Shown: piece after piece, positions 39,207 through 48,570 of the stretch | How positions within the stretch are numbered: position 1 is the stretch's first letter | How the letters are laid out: each line of letters starts with the position of its first letter | DNA from: Candidatus Blautia excrementigallinarum | GTDB lineage: Bacteria > Bacillota > Clostridia > Lachnospirales > Lachnospiraceae | Length of the DNA stretch: 51,761 bases | Assembly: GCA_019119235.1 (NCBI GenBank) | Contig: DWXL01000088.1 | Span: 1 to 51,761, forward strand | Reading direction: 5' to 3' | Notes under the pieces: generated by a model | What the model was told of the DNA's origin: nothing | Seen by the model: the letters and a program-made list of their open reading frames with translations, nothing else | The model's database searches: none | Made by a program: the position numbers and the translations under genes

Positions 39207-40571
39207 TTATTCAGCCAAAGCGGCTTTTATCATGATCGCGCACTCCACTCGTTTCCGCTGAAGTTCGCATCCGATCTCATAACTGCCTTTAATATCGTTC
39301 TGGAAATGCCATGCGTTCGCCGCGCATCCGCCGCTGCAGTAAAATCTCGCGAAGCACTCCCGGCAGTCCTTCTTGGTATAAACGTTGCAGTCCTTAAATT
39401 CATCCTTCACTGCGGGACGGGTAATTCCTTCGTCCACATTTCCCATAAGGAACTTTTCTTCTCCCACGAACTGATGGCAGGGATAAAGATCGCCCCATGG
39501 GGTCACCGCAAGATATTCCGTGCCGGATCCGCATCCGGAAAGCCGTTTGTACACACACGGGCCTCCGGTAAGATCGATCATGAAATGGAAGAAATTAAAT
39601 CCCTTTCCCTCTTTTTCTCTTCTGATCATCTCTCTGGCAAGAATATCGTATTCCTCCAGGATCTTCGGAATATCTTCTTTCCGGATGGCATACTCTTCCG
39701 TATCCGCCGCCACCACAGGCTCTACAGAAATCTGTTTGAATCCCAGATCCGCAAGATGGAGCACATCCTTCGAGAAATCAAGATTATGGCGGGTAAAGGT
39801 ACCTCTCACATAATAATTCTCCTGATTTCTGGATTCCGCGAATTTAATGAACTTCGGCATAATGAGATCGTAGCTTCCCGCGCCTTTGCGGAACGGCCTC
39901 ATATAATCGTGAACTTCTTTCCGCCCGTCAACGCTGAGCACCACGTTGGACATTTCCCTGTTACAGAATTCCATCACTTCGTCGTTAAGGAGCACGCCGT
40001 TGGTAGTCAGTGTAAAACGGAATTTTTTATTATGAGCTTTCTCCTGCTCTCTTCCGTAACGTACAAGTTCTTTTACAACATCCCAGTTCATCAGAGGCTC
40101 GCCGCCGAAGAAATCCACTTCCAGGTTTCTTCTGGAACCGGAATTGGCGATCAGAAAATCAAGAGCTTTCTTCCCCGTCTCAAAAGACATCAGCGCGCGC
40201 CTTCCGTGATATTCTCCCTCCTCGGCGAAACAGTAACGGCAGGCAAGGTTACAGTCATGCGCAATGTGAAGACAAAGGGCTTTCACCACCGTCTGGCGGT
40301 TTTTGGTAAACTCATCAATGGCATTTTCATAAATGTCCTTTGTAAAGAGCATCCCCTCTTCTTTCAGTTTCTCACATTCTGCGGCAGAAGTCCGGATCTC
40401 CTCCGGGCGGAATCTGCCGCCGAGCTTCTCCACGATTTCATCAGCAGAAAGTCCCTCTTCAATATACGGAAGCGCTTCATAGGTGACCGTATCCACCAGA
40501 TGAATACATCCGCTGTTAATGTCCAGAACAATGTTATACCCATTGCTCTGATATCTGTGAATCAGACTCAT
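39207..40571 (-). CDS. scfB: SCIFF ranthipeptide radical SAM/SPASM maturase
   Basis: CNLACRYC, SPASM cysteines (GCGSG...PCHQF...CRECFARFYCSGGC); adjacent to the SCIFF peptide. Confidence 0.95.
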   Translation of the reverse strand: MSLIHRYQSNGYNIVLDINSGCIHLVDTVTYEALPYIEEGLSADEIVEKLGGRFRPEEIRTSAAECEKLKEEGMLFTKDIYENAIDEFTKNRQTVVKALCLHIAHDCNLACRYCFAEEGEYHGRRALMSFETGKKALDFLIANSGSRRNLEVDFFGGEPLMNWDVVKELVRYGREQEKAHNKKFRFTLTTNGVLLNDEVMEFCNREMSNVVLSVDGRKEVHDYMRPFRKGAGSYDLIMPKFIKFAESRNQENYYVRGTFTRHNLDFSKDVLHLADLGFKQISVEPVVAADTEEYAIRKEDIPKILEEYDILAREMIRREKEGKGFNFFHFMIDLTGGPCVYKRLSGCGSGTEYLAVTPWGDLYPCHQFVGEEKFLMGNVDEGITRPAVKDEFKDCNVYTKKDCRECFARFYCSGGCAANAWHFQNDIKGSYEIGCELQRKRVECAIMIKAALAE

Positions 40572-40648
40572 GTCTTCAAAATCCTTTCATTTGTCAGTTT
40601 TGGCTTTTAAACTGCGTACAGGATATCCTGATCTGTACAGCATAAGAA

Positions 40649-40676
40649 TAAGCAGCGGATTTCACCCCGCTGCTTA
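40649..40676 (-). terminator. Hairpin between scfA and scfB
   Basis: TAAGCAGCGG/CCGCTGCTTA stem with a short U tract. Confidence 0.6.
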
Positions 40677-40696
40677 ACTGTTCTTCTGTCCTGCGC

Positions 40697-40837
40697 TTAT
40701 TTATGCTCGCAGCTCTGATTTCCTACTGTACAGGAAGTCTTACATGCTGACTGGCAGGAAGTCTGGCACTCGCCGCATCCGCCTTTCTTAACAGTGTTCT
40801 GTAAGTTCTTTGTATTTAAGGTTTTGATATGTTCCAT
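40697..40837 (-). CDS. scfA: Six-cysteine ranthipeptide precursor SCIFF
   Basis: GGCGECQTSCQSACKTSCTVGNQSCE; AGGAGG RBS. Confidence 0.97.
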   Translation of the reverse strand: MEHIKTLNTKNLQNTVKKGGCGECQTSCQSACKTSCTVGNQSCEHK

Positions 40838-40931
40838 GCTATAGTCCTCCTTATGTATCGTTATCTCCGGATAGTATAGCATATTTTTCCGGTAAATAAA
40901 AGAGTTTTTTTACTGCCGGGCTTCCACATTT

Positions 40932-41282
40932 TCACGCAAGCATACCGCCCAGCGCGCCGCCTCCCAGACACATACAGAATGTGGTGATAAGATGCTGAAA
41001 AGACATATCCCATTTTCCCTGCACTACAAATGATGCCGCTGCAAGCAGGATAAAATAAGTCAGCCCTGTCAGGATCCCCCAGAAATATTTATCCCGGCGC
41101 ATCAGCTTTCCTGCCATAAAACCGCCGGCGAAACAGGAGGCCACGTATATCGCCACTATACCGGCGGCTGCCGGAGCCCTGCCAAGATCCAGCTGGAATA
41201 CCAGAAAAGCCAGAAGGAAAAGGAATGCTCCTGTAATCGCGTAAGCCAGAAACAGGGATTTTAAAATCGTTTTTAATTTCAT
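40932..41282 (-). CDS. TIGR04086/YrzE-like four-TM membrane protein
   Basis: Four TMs, GGFMAGK and GGALGGML; usual neighbour of scfA. Confidence 0.75.
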   Translation of the reverse strand: MKLKTILKSLFLAYAITGAFLFLLAFLVFQLDLGRAPAAAGIVAIYVASCFAGGFMAGKLMRRDKYFWGILTGLTYFILLAAASFVVQGKWDMSFQHLITTFCMCLGGGALGGMLA

Positions 41283-41330
41283 AAAACACCCCTCCCGTTA
41301 AAATATATGGGAGGGGTGTTTTTCATATTA
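41283..41330 (-). promoter_or_regulatory. Terminator/RBS-sequestering hairpin with an embedded sigmaE-like promoter
   Basis: Perfect 14-bp IR AAAACACCCCTCCC/GGGAGGGGTGTTTT abutting the ATG; TAATATG-N14-CATATATT. Confidence 0.6.
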
Positions 41331-41338
41331 CATCTGAT

Positions 41339-43141
41339 TTATTTTTTTCTTTTTCTGAGATATATGATCACAACAATAATCACAACCGCCGCCACAGCAA
41401 GAACTACAAACGGTGCGATCGGTGTGGTATCGCCGGTATTCACGGCATCTGTGGATTCGCCGCTGCTGTCCGTGTTCTCATTAGCGCTGTCCTGACTGCT
41501 TCCATCAGTATTTCTGCTGTCCGTACTTCCAGCGCTGTTTCCAGAAGATGCGGACGGGGTAACAGTACCAGAAGATGCACTGTTTCCATTATCTCCATCA
41601 GAAGATGACGGGGCAGGCGTCGCTGTTGCAGCCGGCGTTGTTTCATATCCGTCCGTTGCGATTTCTTCACCTACCAACGGTTTGCTTCCCGCAATGCCGA
41701 AAGGACTGAAAGAATGTGTGCTGAATACCATCGTGCTTCCGTTCACGCTGGGTACAATAGTCTCCATTGCACCGTTGTCCAGAAGATGCTCAATCGTATA
41801 TTCATATCCCTCTTTCACAGGAACCGTCACACTGATATATTCGCCGTCTGGAATCTCATATTCTGTGTTATTCTTCAGATCCCACAGTTCAAATTCGTAG
41901 GATTTGAAAATATTTGCTTCATTTTCGTTGGTAAATTCATAATCCTCGCCGCTGGTGGCACGGAACTGTACATACCAGGGAAGATTGATGCCTGACACAT
42001 AAATGCCGTTGCAGCTATGGTTGGCTTCCGCCATTGCGGCCGTCTCTTCTTCTGTAAATTCTTCTTCCTCTTCCACCTGGACAGGACGGTCATCCGTCTC
42101 TTCTTCCTCACGGTCGAAGATATCTTCCGGTGTTACAGTAGGTGTCGGCGTCGCTGTCACGGTGGCTTCCGGTGTTACGGTAACCCCGGGAACTTCCTCT
42201 GTATCGGATTCTTCTGTTTCAGCAGGCGTTACTGTCGGTTCAGGTGCTTCCTCTCCGCCGGGTGTTACCTCTGCGTCAGCTTCTTCTGTCTCCTCACCTG
42301 TCTCTGTTTCCGCCTTATCTTCTTCTGTTCCTTCTTCCTCTGTCCCGGCAGGCGTTACTGTCGGTTCAGGCTTTTCCTCTGCACCAGGTGTTGCCTCTGC
42401 GTCAGGCTCTTCTGTCTCCTCACCTGTCTCTGTTTCCGCCTTGTCTTCTTCTGTTCCGTCTTCTTCCGTTTCAGCAGGCGTTACTGTCGGTTCAGGTTTT
42501 TCCTCTGCACCAGGTGTTGTCTCTGTTTCAGGCTCTTCTGTCTCCTCACCTGTCTCTGTTTCCGCCTTGTCTTCTTCTGTCACGTCTTCTTCCGTTTCAG
42601 CAGGCGTTACTGTCGGTTCAGGCGTTTCCTCTGCACCAGATGTTGCCTCTGCGTCAGGCTCTTCTGTCTCCTCATCCGTCTCTGTTTCCATCCACTCTCC
42701 ATTGCTTCCGGAATCATCCTGAGATTCCTCTTCGGACCACTCCTCTTCATTCTCCTGGGATTCATTGTCCAGTCCGTTGACAACAACCGTCACTGTACCG
42801 TAAATGGCGTCAGAAACGCCGTCCCAGCCTGAGATCTTCGCAAGATCCGCTGAATTATAGGGACGGAACACGACATCATAGGACTGTACTCTCTCAGAGG
42901 GAACACTGGAACTGTTCACCCATGACAGCGTTCCATAATCGCTGCCCGGAAGGGATATCTCAGAAAGGGGAACCGGCTGGTCAATCGTTACATTATCCGG
43001 AATCAGGCTGCTGACCTGGATCTGTGTACTGTCGCCATGTACAGAAGCCGGCTGTATCTGCCCGGCCAGCAGGGCCGCGCTCAGTGCTGCAGCGGCAAAA
43101 AACTGTACATTCCTCTTTCTGTTGTTTCTTTTCCTCATCAT
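41339..43141 (-). CDS. Sortase-anchored surface protein with acidic tandem repeats
   Basis: Signal peptide; 40-aa E/T/P repeats; FSTHSFSPF; C-terminal VNTGD + TM + RKRKK. Confidence 0.85.
   Translation of the reverse strand: MMRKRNNRKRNVQFFAAAALSAALLAGQIQPASVHGDSTQIQVSSLIPDNVTIDQPVPLSEISLPGSDYGTLSWVNSSSVPSERVQSYDVVFRPYNSADLAKISGWDGVSDAIYGTVTVVVNGLDNESQENEEEWSEEESQDDSGSNGEWMETETDEETEEPDAEATSGAEETPEPTVTPAETEEDVTEEDKAETETGEETEEPETETTPGAEEKPEPTVTPAETEEDGTEEDKAETETGEETEEPDAEATPGAEEKPEPTVTPAGTEEEGTEEDKAETETGEETEEADAEVTPGGEEAPEPTVTPAETEESDTEEVPGVTVTPEATVTATPTPTVTPEDIFDREEEETDDRPVQVEEEEEFTEEETAAMAEANHSCNGIYVSGINLPWYVQFRATSGEDYEFTNENEANIFKSYEFELWDLKNNTEYEIPDGEYISVTVPVKEGYEYTIEHLLDNGAMETIVPSVNGSTMVFSTHSFSPFGIAGSKPLVGEEIATDGYETTPAATATPAPSSSDGDNGNSASSGTVTPSASSGNSAGSTDSRNTDGSSQDSANENTDSSGESTDAVNTGDTTPIAPFVVLAVAAVVIIVVIIYLRKRKK
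42205..42688 (-). repeat. About four 120-bp coding tandem repeats
   Basis: CAGGCGTTACTGTCGGTTCAGG recurs with ~120-bp period. Confidence 0.9.
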
Positions 43142-43334
43142 ATCCACACCTCTGTTTATATTCAAACAATCTGATTATCTATCATTCGACTTTTAATATA
43201 TCAAAGCTTTATCGTTTTGTAAATATTTTGTAACATTTTATTTCTTTTTACGACGCCCATATTATAACACAGTTCCCTTTTTTTCGACACCCCTAAAATA
43301 ATATTTCTTCGATAATACATCTCTTTATTGATTA

Positions 43335-43931
43335 TCATTTTTTATCCATCATAAGCGAGAATTGTCTGATAATTCTTGTCGCTTCACCGGTAACAGCGTC
43401 AACTCCCAGTTCCGTCTGATTCCAGTTGCTTTTCGTGATCCCATCGGGAAAAGAAGGGCAGACAAGGAATTCTGTCTCCGGATAGACATACTGAAAATAC
43501 ATCAGGACGCGCCGCGCGTGATGGGATTTGCAGCAGAGAATGGCCTTTTTTACGGATAACCCGGCCTTTTCGGTAACCTCCCTGGAAAAAAGAGCGTTTT
43601 CATACGTATAGGTCGCCCTGTCTTCCCTTAAGATATCTTCCGGCTTTACCCCGTTTTTTACCAGAACATCCCGGAGAAATTCCCATTCTGTCTCATAAGA
43701 TCCATGATATTTCTCCTTTTCGGAAAGTACCCCGCTGAAACGGCCCGTGGTGATACTGTATTTCCCGCTTGGCAGGACGGCAGGCGCATAACCTTCTCTG
43801 TAAAGTTCAGCCGCTTTTTCCGCCATATGGGGGTAACCGTTGCCCGGAACAAATATGATATCCGCCTTTTCCGGTCTGTTTTCAACAAAAATAAATTCCT
43901 CTGTTTTTTTCAAAAAATCATTATAATCCAT
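43335..43931 (-). CDS. YdcF/DUF218-family protein
   Basis: ADIIFVPG, SG, EDRATYTYENA, HARR. Confidence 0.85.
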   Translation of the reverse strand: MDYNDFLKKTEEFIFVENRPEKADIIFVPGNGYPHMAEKAAELYREGYAPAVLPSGKYSITTGRFSGVLSEKEKYHGSYETEWEFLRDVLVKNGVKPEDILREDRATYTYENALFSREVTEKAGLSVKKAILCCKSHHARRVLMYFQYVYPETEFLVCPSFPDGITKSNWNQTELGVDAVTGEATRIIRQFSLMMDKK

Positions 43932-43948
43932 TGTACACTCCTGCTCCC

Positions 43949-44683
43949 CTACTTTGTAACTATTACTGTACTGTATCCCTCGTCTCTCAGACGCTGTTCC
44001 ATATTTACGGCATTCCCCAGCTGCTGAAACGCTCCTGCCTGCACTTTGTACAGATCATTCTGATGGAGAAGATACGCCGGATATCCCTGATCCATCAGCT
44101 GATACAGCATACGGTCCGCGTTTTCCCTGTTTTGGAAAGCTCCGGTCTGCACGCGGTAATAAACCGGCGCCTCTATGGTTTCCTCCGTCAACGTGCCGAG
44201 GATCGCTCCGGCGATACTCTGTGCGGTTTCTTTTAAGTTTTCGTCATACAGATCATTATCACCGTCAGAATTTATAAATCCGGTTTCCACAAGAAGCGCC
44301 GGCATTTTGGTTCTGCGAAGGACCACAAGCCCGGGCCGTTCCTTCACTCCCAGCTCCCTGAAACCAAGTTCGCCCAGAGCGCCTACGATATTTTCCGCCA
44401 TGTCGAATTTGATCCCGTTCTTATCGTAGACCAGAACTTCCACTCCTTCATACTGATTATCGGACGGACTGCTGTTCCTGTGAAAAGAAATAAAATAATC
44501 GGCTCCCGACTCGTTTGCAAGCCTTGCCTTTTCAAAAGGCGTCTGATAAACGTCGGTGGTCCTTGTATAGACCACATCGATTCCGTTCTCTTCCAGGATC
44601 TTCCCTACTTCCAGGGTAAGCTCCAGATTATCGTCTTTTTCCTGCCGTCCCTTGTAGACGGCCCCCGGATCTGTTCCTCCATG
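43949..44683 (-). CDS. 3' portion of a split CwlC-like N-acetylmuramoyl-L-alanine amidase (Amidase_3 + SPOR)
   Basis: HGGTDPGA...EKDDNL, SFHRN, LVETGFI, two YRVQTGAF/YKVQAGAF SPOR repeats; lacks its first beta strand and has no RBS. Confidence 0.92.
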   Translation of the reverse strand, partial: HGGTDPGAVYKGRQEKDDNLELTLEVGKILEENGIDVVYTRTTDVYQTPFEKARLANESGADYFISFHRNSSPSDNQYEGVEVLVYDKNGIKFDMAENIVGALGELGFRELGVKERPGLVVLRRTKMPALLVETGFINSDGDNDLYDENLKETAQSIAGAILGTLTEETIEAPVYYRVQTGAFQNRENADRMLYQLMDQGYPAYLLHQNDLYKVQAGAFQQLGNAVNMEQRLRDEGYSTVIVTK

Positions 44684-44703
44684 TGCAGGAAGCAGTCTGC
44701 GCA
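44674..44703 (-). repeat. att site at the 3' amidase fragment (core plus arm)
   Basis: Minus strand TGCGCAGACTGCTTCCTGC-ACATGGAGGAA. Confidence 0.85.
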
Positions 44704-44722
44704 AAACGCACAGACTGCTTCC
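44688..44722 (-). terminator. Hairpin after the pit/DUF47 operon overlapping the att arm
   Basis: GGAAGCAGTCTG...CAGACTGCTTCC; no clear U tract. Confidence 0.45.
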
Positions 44723-44765
44723 CTGTTCCGGGTATGATATTCTGAGCAAATCCCATACTCCGGCG

Positions 44766-45389
44766 TTATGAATTTTTCATTACTACGTTCTGCACAGTGT
44801 CGGCCACATGCTCGCAGGCATCCGCGCAGTTTTCCATGTAATTATAAATCTCTCTCCAGGCGATGATCTTAAGCGGATCCGGCTCTGTTTCATGAAGCTT
44901 TCTCATGCTGGAGACAAAGAGACGGTCTGCTTCCTCCTCAAGTTCATTGATGCGGATGATCCTCGACTTAAGGGTTTTGGAATGACGGAAATCAGCGAAA
45001 TCTTTCATCATATTCTTCATTTCCTCACAGCATCTGGACACCACGTCCATCAGTTCCACCGCGTCCTCATGGATTTCCTGAACATTATTGATATAAAGGC
45101 GGAGCAGGACGTCCTCCAGCTTATCAACCACCTCGTCGATATTGTCTCCCAGAGAAGCGATATCTTCTCTCTCAATGGGAACGATAAACGCTCTCGCCAG
45201 ATTGTCCATGATCTGATGTCTTTTTTGATCCGCCGTATGTTCAACCTTATGAATCTCATCCATACACTTACTGATATCTTCCGGTCTGAAGTTTTCCAGG
45301 GAACGCTTCAGCAGCTGGGCAGCCTCGCAGGAAGCCTCCGCGCTTTCGATAAATTTCTCAAAATAGAACATATCCTGTTTCTTTGACAT
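44766..45389 (-). CDS. DUF47 (PhoU-like) phosphate transport regulator
   Basis: EHTAD, FIVPIEREDI, LEEEAD; downstream of pit. Confidence 0.9.
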   Translation of the reverse strand: MSKKQDMFYFEKFIESAEASCEAAQLLKRSLENFRPEDISKCMDEIHKVEHTADQKRHQIMDNLARAFIVPIEREDIASLGDNIDEVVDKLEDVLLRLYINNVQEIHEDAVELMDVVSRCCEEMKNMMKDFADFRHSKTLKSRIIRINELEEEADRLFVSSMRKLHETEPDPLKIIAWREIYNYMENCADACEHVADTVQNVVMKNS

Positions 45390-45407
45390 TGTTTAATCCT
45401 CCGTAAT

Positions 45408-46460
45408 TTAAAAGATGTACATAAAAAGCTTGGCCATTACAAAACTGATCAGTCCGCATCCCGGGAAGGTAAAGATCCATGTGAGCATCATATCCTTGAC
45501 AACCGAAAAGTTAATTGCCGAAAGACGTCTCACCGCGCCCACACCCATAATAGAACTTGTCTTCGTATGTGTGGTGGATACCGGGATACCAAATACGCTG
45601 GAAAGCAGAAGGCAGAAAGCTCCCGCAAGGTCTGCGGCAAATCCTTGATATTTCTCAAGTTTAACCATATCCATACCTACGGATTTAATAATCTTCTCTC
45701 CGCCGACGCTGGTTCCCAGAGCCATGACAACACTGCAGAGCAGCATCAGCCAGACCGGGATCTGCATGCCTGAAACTTCATTCTGTCCGTTGGAAAAAGC
45801 GATCCCCAGAAACAGAACGCCGATAAATTTCTGGCCGTCCTGCGCACCGTGCATGAAACTCATAGCCGCCGCACCGACAATCTGCGCATAGTTAAAGAAC
45901 CCGTTGGCTTTCCGGCGGTCAAGATTCTGACATAAAACAGTAAGCAGTTTACAGATCACCCAGCCGCTGGCAAAACCGAGAGCAAGGCTGAGAACAAGAC
46001 CGTAAAGGACCTTGACCCACTCGCCCATATTAACGCCGCCGATTCCCTGCTGGATAGCGATCGCCGCTCCCGTAAGACCTGCGATCAGGCTGTGGCTCTC
46101 ACTGGTGGGAATACCGAAAACAGAAGCACCCACACTGTATACCACAATAGAAAACAGGGCCGCGCACAAGGCGATCATCGCGTCGTTGGTGCTGGTCCCG
46201 AAATCCACCATGTTGCTTATGGTGGACGCAACGGCACTGTTGATATTGGTCATTACAAATACTCCGAGAAAATTGAAGGCCGCGCTCATCCAGATAGCGC
46301 TGCGTACCCCCATACATCTGGTAGTCACACAGGTGGCAATGGCATTGGGCGCATCTGTCCATCCGTTTACAAAAATAACTCCCAGAGTCAGAAGCGTTGT
46401 GATACAGAGCGCAGGATTAGACGTAATCTGCTGCCAGAAATATGAAAATGATATGTCCAT
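45408..46460 (-). CDS. PiT-family inorganic phosphate transporter
   Basis: NGWTDAPNAIAT, PTSESH, HGAQDGQK, PVSTTH. Confidence 0.92.
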   Translation of the reverse strand: MDISFSYFWQQITSNPALCITTLLTLGVIFVNGWTDAPNAIATCVTTRCMGVRSAIWMSAAFNFLGVFVMTNINSAVASTISNMVDFGTSTNDAMIALCAALFSIVVYSVGASVFGIPTSESHSLIAGLTGAAIAIQQGIGGVNMGEWVKVLYGLVLSLALGFASGWVICKLLTVLCQNLDRRKANGFFNYAQIVGAAAMSFMHGAQDGQKFIGVLFLGIAFSNGQNEVSGMQIPVWLMLLCSVVMALGTSVGGEKIIKSVGMDMVKLEKYQGFAADLAGAFCLLLSSVFGIPVSTTHTKTSSIMGVGAVRRLSAINFSVVKDMMLTWIFTFPGCGLISFVMAKLFMYIF

Positions 46461-46485
46461 TAAATTTTATCTCCCTGTATTTTAA

Positions 46486-47151
46486 TTATAGTGATTCCTC
46501 AAACCTGTCAATATTGTTTACCTTTCCGATCACTACCATGATATCATCCGGCTGCAGGCGGTAGGACGGCGAGATTTCAATATTTGTAGTCCTGTCATTC
46601 TCAATCGCAATAATGTTCAGGTTGTATTTCGGACGGATTCCCAGTTCCTCAATACTGTGGCCGATAATCTTATCCGAAATCCTGATCTGACGTATCTCCA
46701 CACTGTTGTCCAGAGATACATAATCGAGGAAGTTCCTGGAAACCAGCCTTTTGCCGAGGCGAAGAGCCATATCTCTTTCGGGATAGACAACTTCCGCGCC
46801 GATCTTCTTCAGCACAGCTCCCTGCTCTTCGCTGATGGCTTTCGCGATTACTTTGGGAACGCCCAGCTCCACCACTCTCATGGTCGTGAGGATGGAAATA
46901 TCCACCTTCTCGCCAATGCAGACGATCACCACATCGCAGTTCTGTAACCCGATCTCTCTCAGGGTTTCCAGACTCAGATCATCTGATACAAAAGCATACT
47001 CCGTATACTGGCGCACCTCTTTGACCTTGCTCTCGCTCCGGTCCACGACGATTACCTCCTTGCCGGCCTCGGCCAGAGAAATCGCAAGCGCCGTACCGAA
47101 ACGGCCCAGTCCGATGATTCCAAAAGAAGTGGCTTCATTATTCTTTTTCAT
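46486..47151 (-). CDS. ktrA: KtrA/TrkA-family K+ uptake regulatory subunit
   Basis: IIGLGRFG RCK_N, PERDMA, RCK_C. Confidence 0.88.
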   Translation of the reverse strand: MKKNNEATSFGIIGLGRFGTALAISLAEAGKEVIVVDRSESKVKEVRQYTEYAFVSDDLSLETLREIGLQNCDVVIVCIGEKVDISILTTMRVVELGVPKVIAKAISEEQGAVLKKIGAEVVYPERDMALRLGKRLVSRNFLDYVSLDNSVEIRQIRISDKIIGHSIEELGIRPKYNLNIIAIENDRTTNIEISPSYRLQPDDIMVVIGKVNNIDRFEESL

Positions 47152-47210
47152 TTTATTTACCTGTATGTGTCCTGCACATATTTCCTTTCTGAATAAATAT
47201 TCTTATCTTA

Positions 47211-48527
47211 TCAGCCGATAGATACTGTTTCCTCCGTGAAATGAGCACGGGGTTCCGGATGATCGATCCACATGGACAGAAGCGTAACCGCGCCAAGTCT
47301 TCCGATAAACATGATCAGGATAATCACCAGCTTGCTTCCGTCGCACAGATCCGGCGTGATTCCGGTGGAAAGTCCCACGGTACCAAACGCGGAGACCACC
47401 TCAAACAGAACCTGCATAAAACTGTACTGCGGATCCATGACGCAAAGCAGGAAACTTCCCACACACACCACCGACATGGATAAAAGTGTGATGATGGAAG
47501 CGCTGGCTACCGTTCCCCTGGAAATCGCCCTGCGGAACGCGCCTACCTGTTTCTTATTGAACATGGCTCTCGCTTCCTGGAGCAGGACGAAAAATGTAGT
47601 CGTCTTGATACCTCCACCGGTAGATCCCGGGGACGCGCCGATAAACATAAGCACGCAGAGCACAAACAGTCCGGCATTGGTAAAGCTTCCAATGGGATAT
47701 GTGGAAAATCCCGCCGTTCTGGCTGATACGCTGTGGAAAAAGGCGCCCAGCCAGGTAACGTCCTCCGTCGCTTTCAGAAGAAGCGTTCCGACAACCAGAA
47801 GCACTGCCGTTGTGGTAATGACGATCTTGGAATGCAGCATCAGTTTTTTGAATCTTCTGTTGCTGATAATGTCGCGGATTACCAGGAATCCCAGACCGCC
47901 GAAAATGATCAGGATACAGGTGATCATATTCAGAAGCACATTGTCCCTGTACGGGATCAGGTTCTGAAGTCCTCCCAGAATATCGAAGCCCGAGTTGTTA
48001 AAGGCTGCGATAGAATGGAAGATACTGATACCCAGTGCATGTACAGGCGGATAATCCTGTACAAATACAATAAAACTCAGTACTGCGCCGGCGCCCTCGA
48101 AACACAGTGTCGTGAGAAGCACCGCCTTGATCAGTTTAACGATACCCTTATAACTGTTGACGTTCAGCGCCTCGCTGACCATGACTCTGGTCTTTATGCT
48201 GACACGTTTCTTGATCGCAAGCATGAATCCCACGCCCACAGAAGTCACTCCCAGACCTCCGATCTGGATCAGCGCCGCAACGACGCCCTGCCCGAAGGGG
48301 GTGAAATGATCCGCTGTATCAATCGCGATCAGACCTGTCACACAGACCGCGCTGGTAGATGTAAACAGCGCGTCAATGGGTCTTACCGTTACGCCGTCCC
48401 TTACAGATACCGGCAGGAGCAGGATCAGAGCTCCCAGAATAATCACTGTGGCGAAACCCAGAGTGATCAGACGTCCGGGCGGCTGTTTCTTAAGTCCGTT
48501 TATGAAATTTTCGAATATTGTTTTCAT
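47211..48527 (-). CDS. ktrB: KtrB/TrkH-family K+ uptake membrane subunit
   Basis: SAVCVTGL, FNNSGF, RTAGF, SPGSTGGGIK, FGTVGLSTG. Confidence 0.9.
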   Translation of the reverse strand: MKTIFENFINGLKKQPPGRLITLGFATVIILGALILLLPVSVRDGVTVRPIDALFTSTSAVCVTGLIAIDTADHFTPFGQGVVAALIQIGGLGVTSVGVGFMLAIKKRVSIKTRVMVSEALNVNSYKGIVKLIKAVLLTTLCFEGAGAVLSFIVFVQDYPPVHALGISIFHSIAAFNNSGFDILGGLQNLIPYRDNVLLNMITCILIIFGGLGFLVIRDIISNRRFKKLMLHSKIVITTTAVLLVVGTLLLKATEDVTWLGAFFHSVSARTAGFSTYPIGSFTNAGLFVLCVLMFIGASPGSTGGGIKTTTFFVLLQEARAMFNKKQVGAFRRAISRGTVASASIITLLSMSVVCVGSFLLCVMDPQYSFMQVLFEVVSAFGTVGLSTGITPDLCDGSKLVIILIMFIGRLGAVTLLSMWIDHPEPRAHFTEETVSIG

Positions 48528-48570
48528 TTTTTTATGTCCTTGCTGTCTTACTAATCACTTTTTATTATGT

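Noticed and set aside
39207-40837. scfAB as a novel RiPP cluster
   Set aside because: Canonical SCIFF pair in its usual secDF-linked context.
42205-42688. Regular repeats as a possible CRISPR array
   Set aside because: Contiguous in-frame 120-bp coding repeats with no unique spacers and no cas genes.
44684-44749. ORF-track N-terminus MLRISYPEQGSSLCVLRRLLPA of the amidase
   Set aside because: Element and att sequence in frame by chance; no RBS; the real N-terminus is at 51050-51079.
46485-46511. TTGACA and TATAAT hexamers at the end of ktrA as a pit promoter
   Set aside because: Spacer is only 15 bp; cannot be supported without TSS data.
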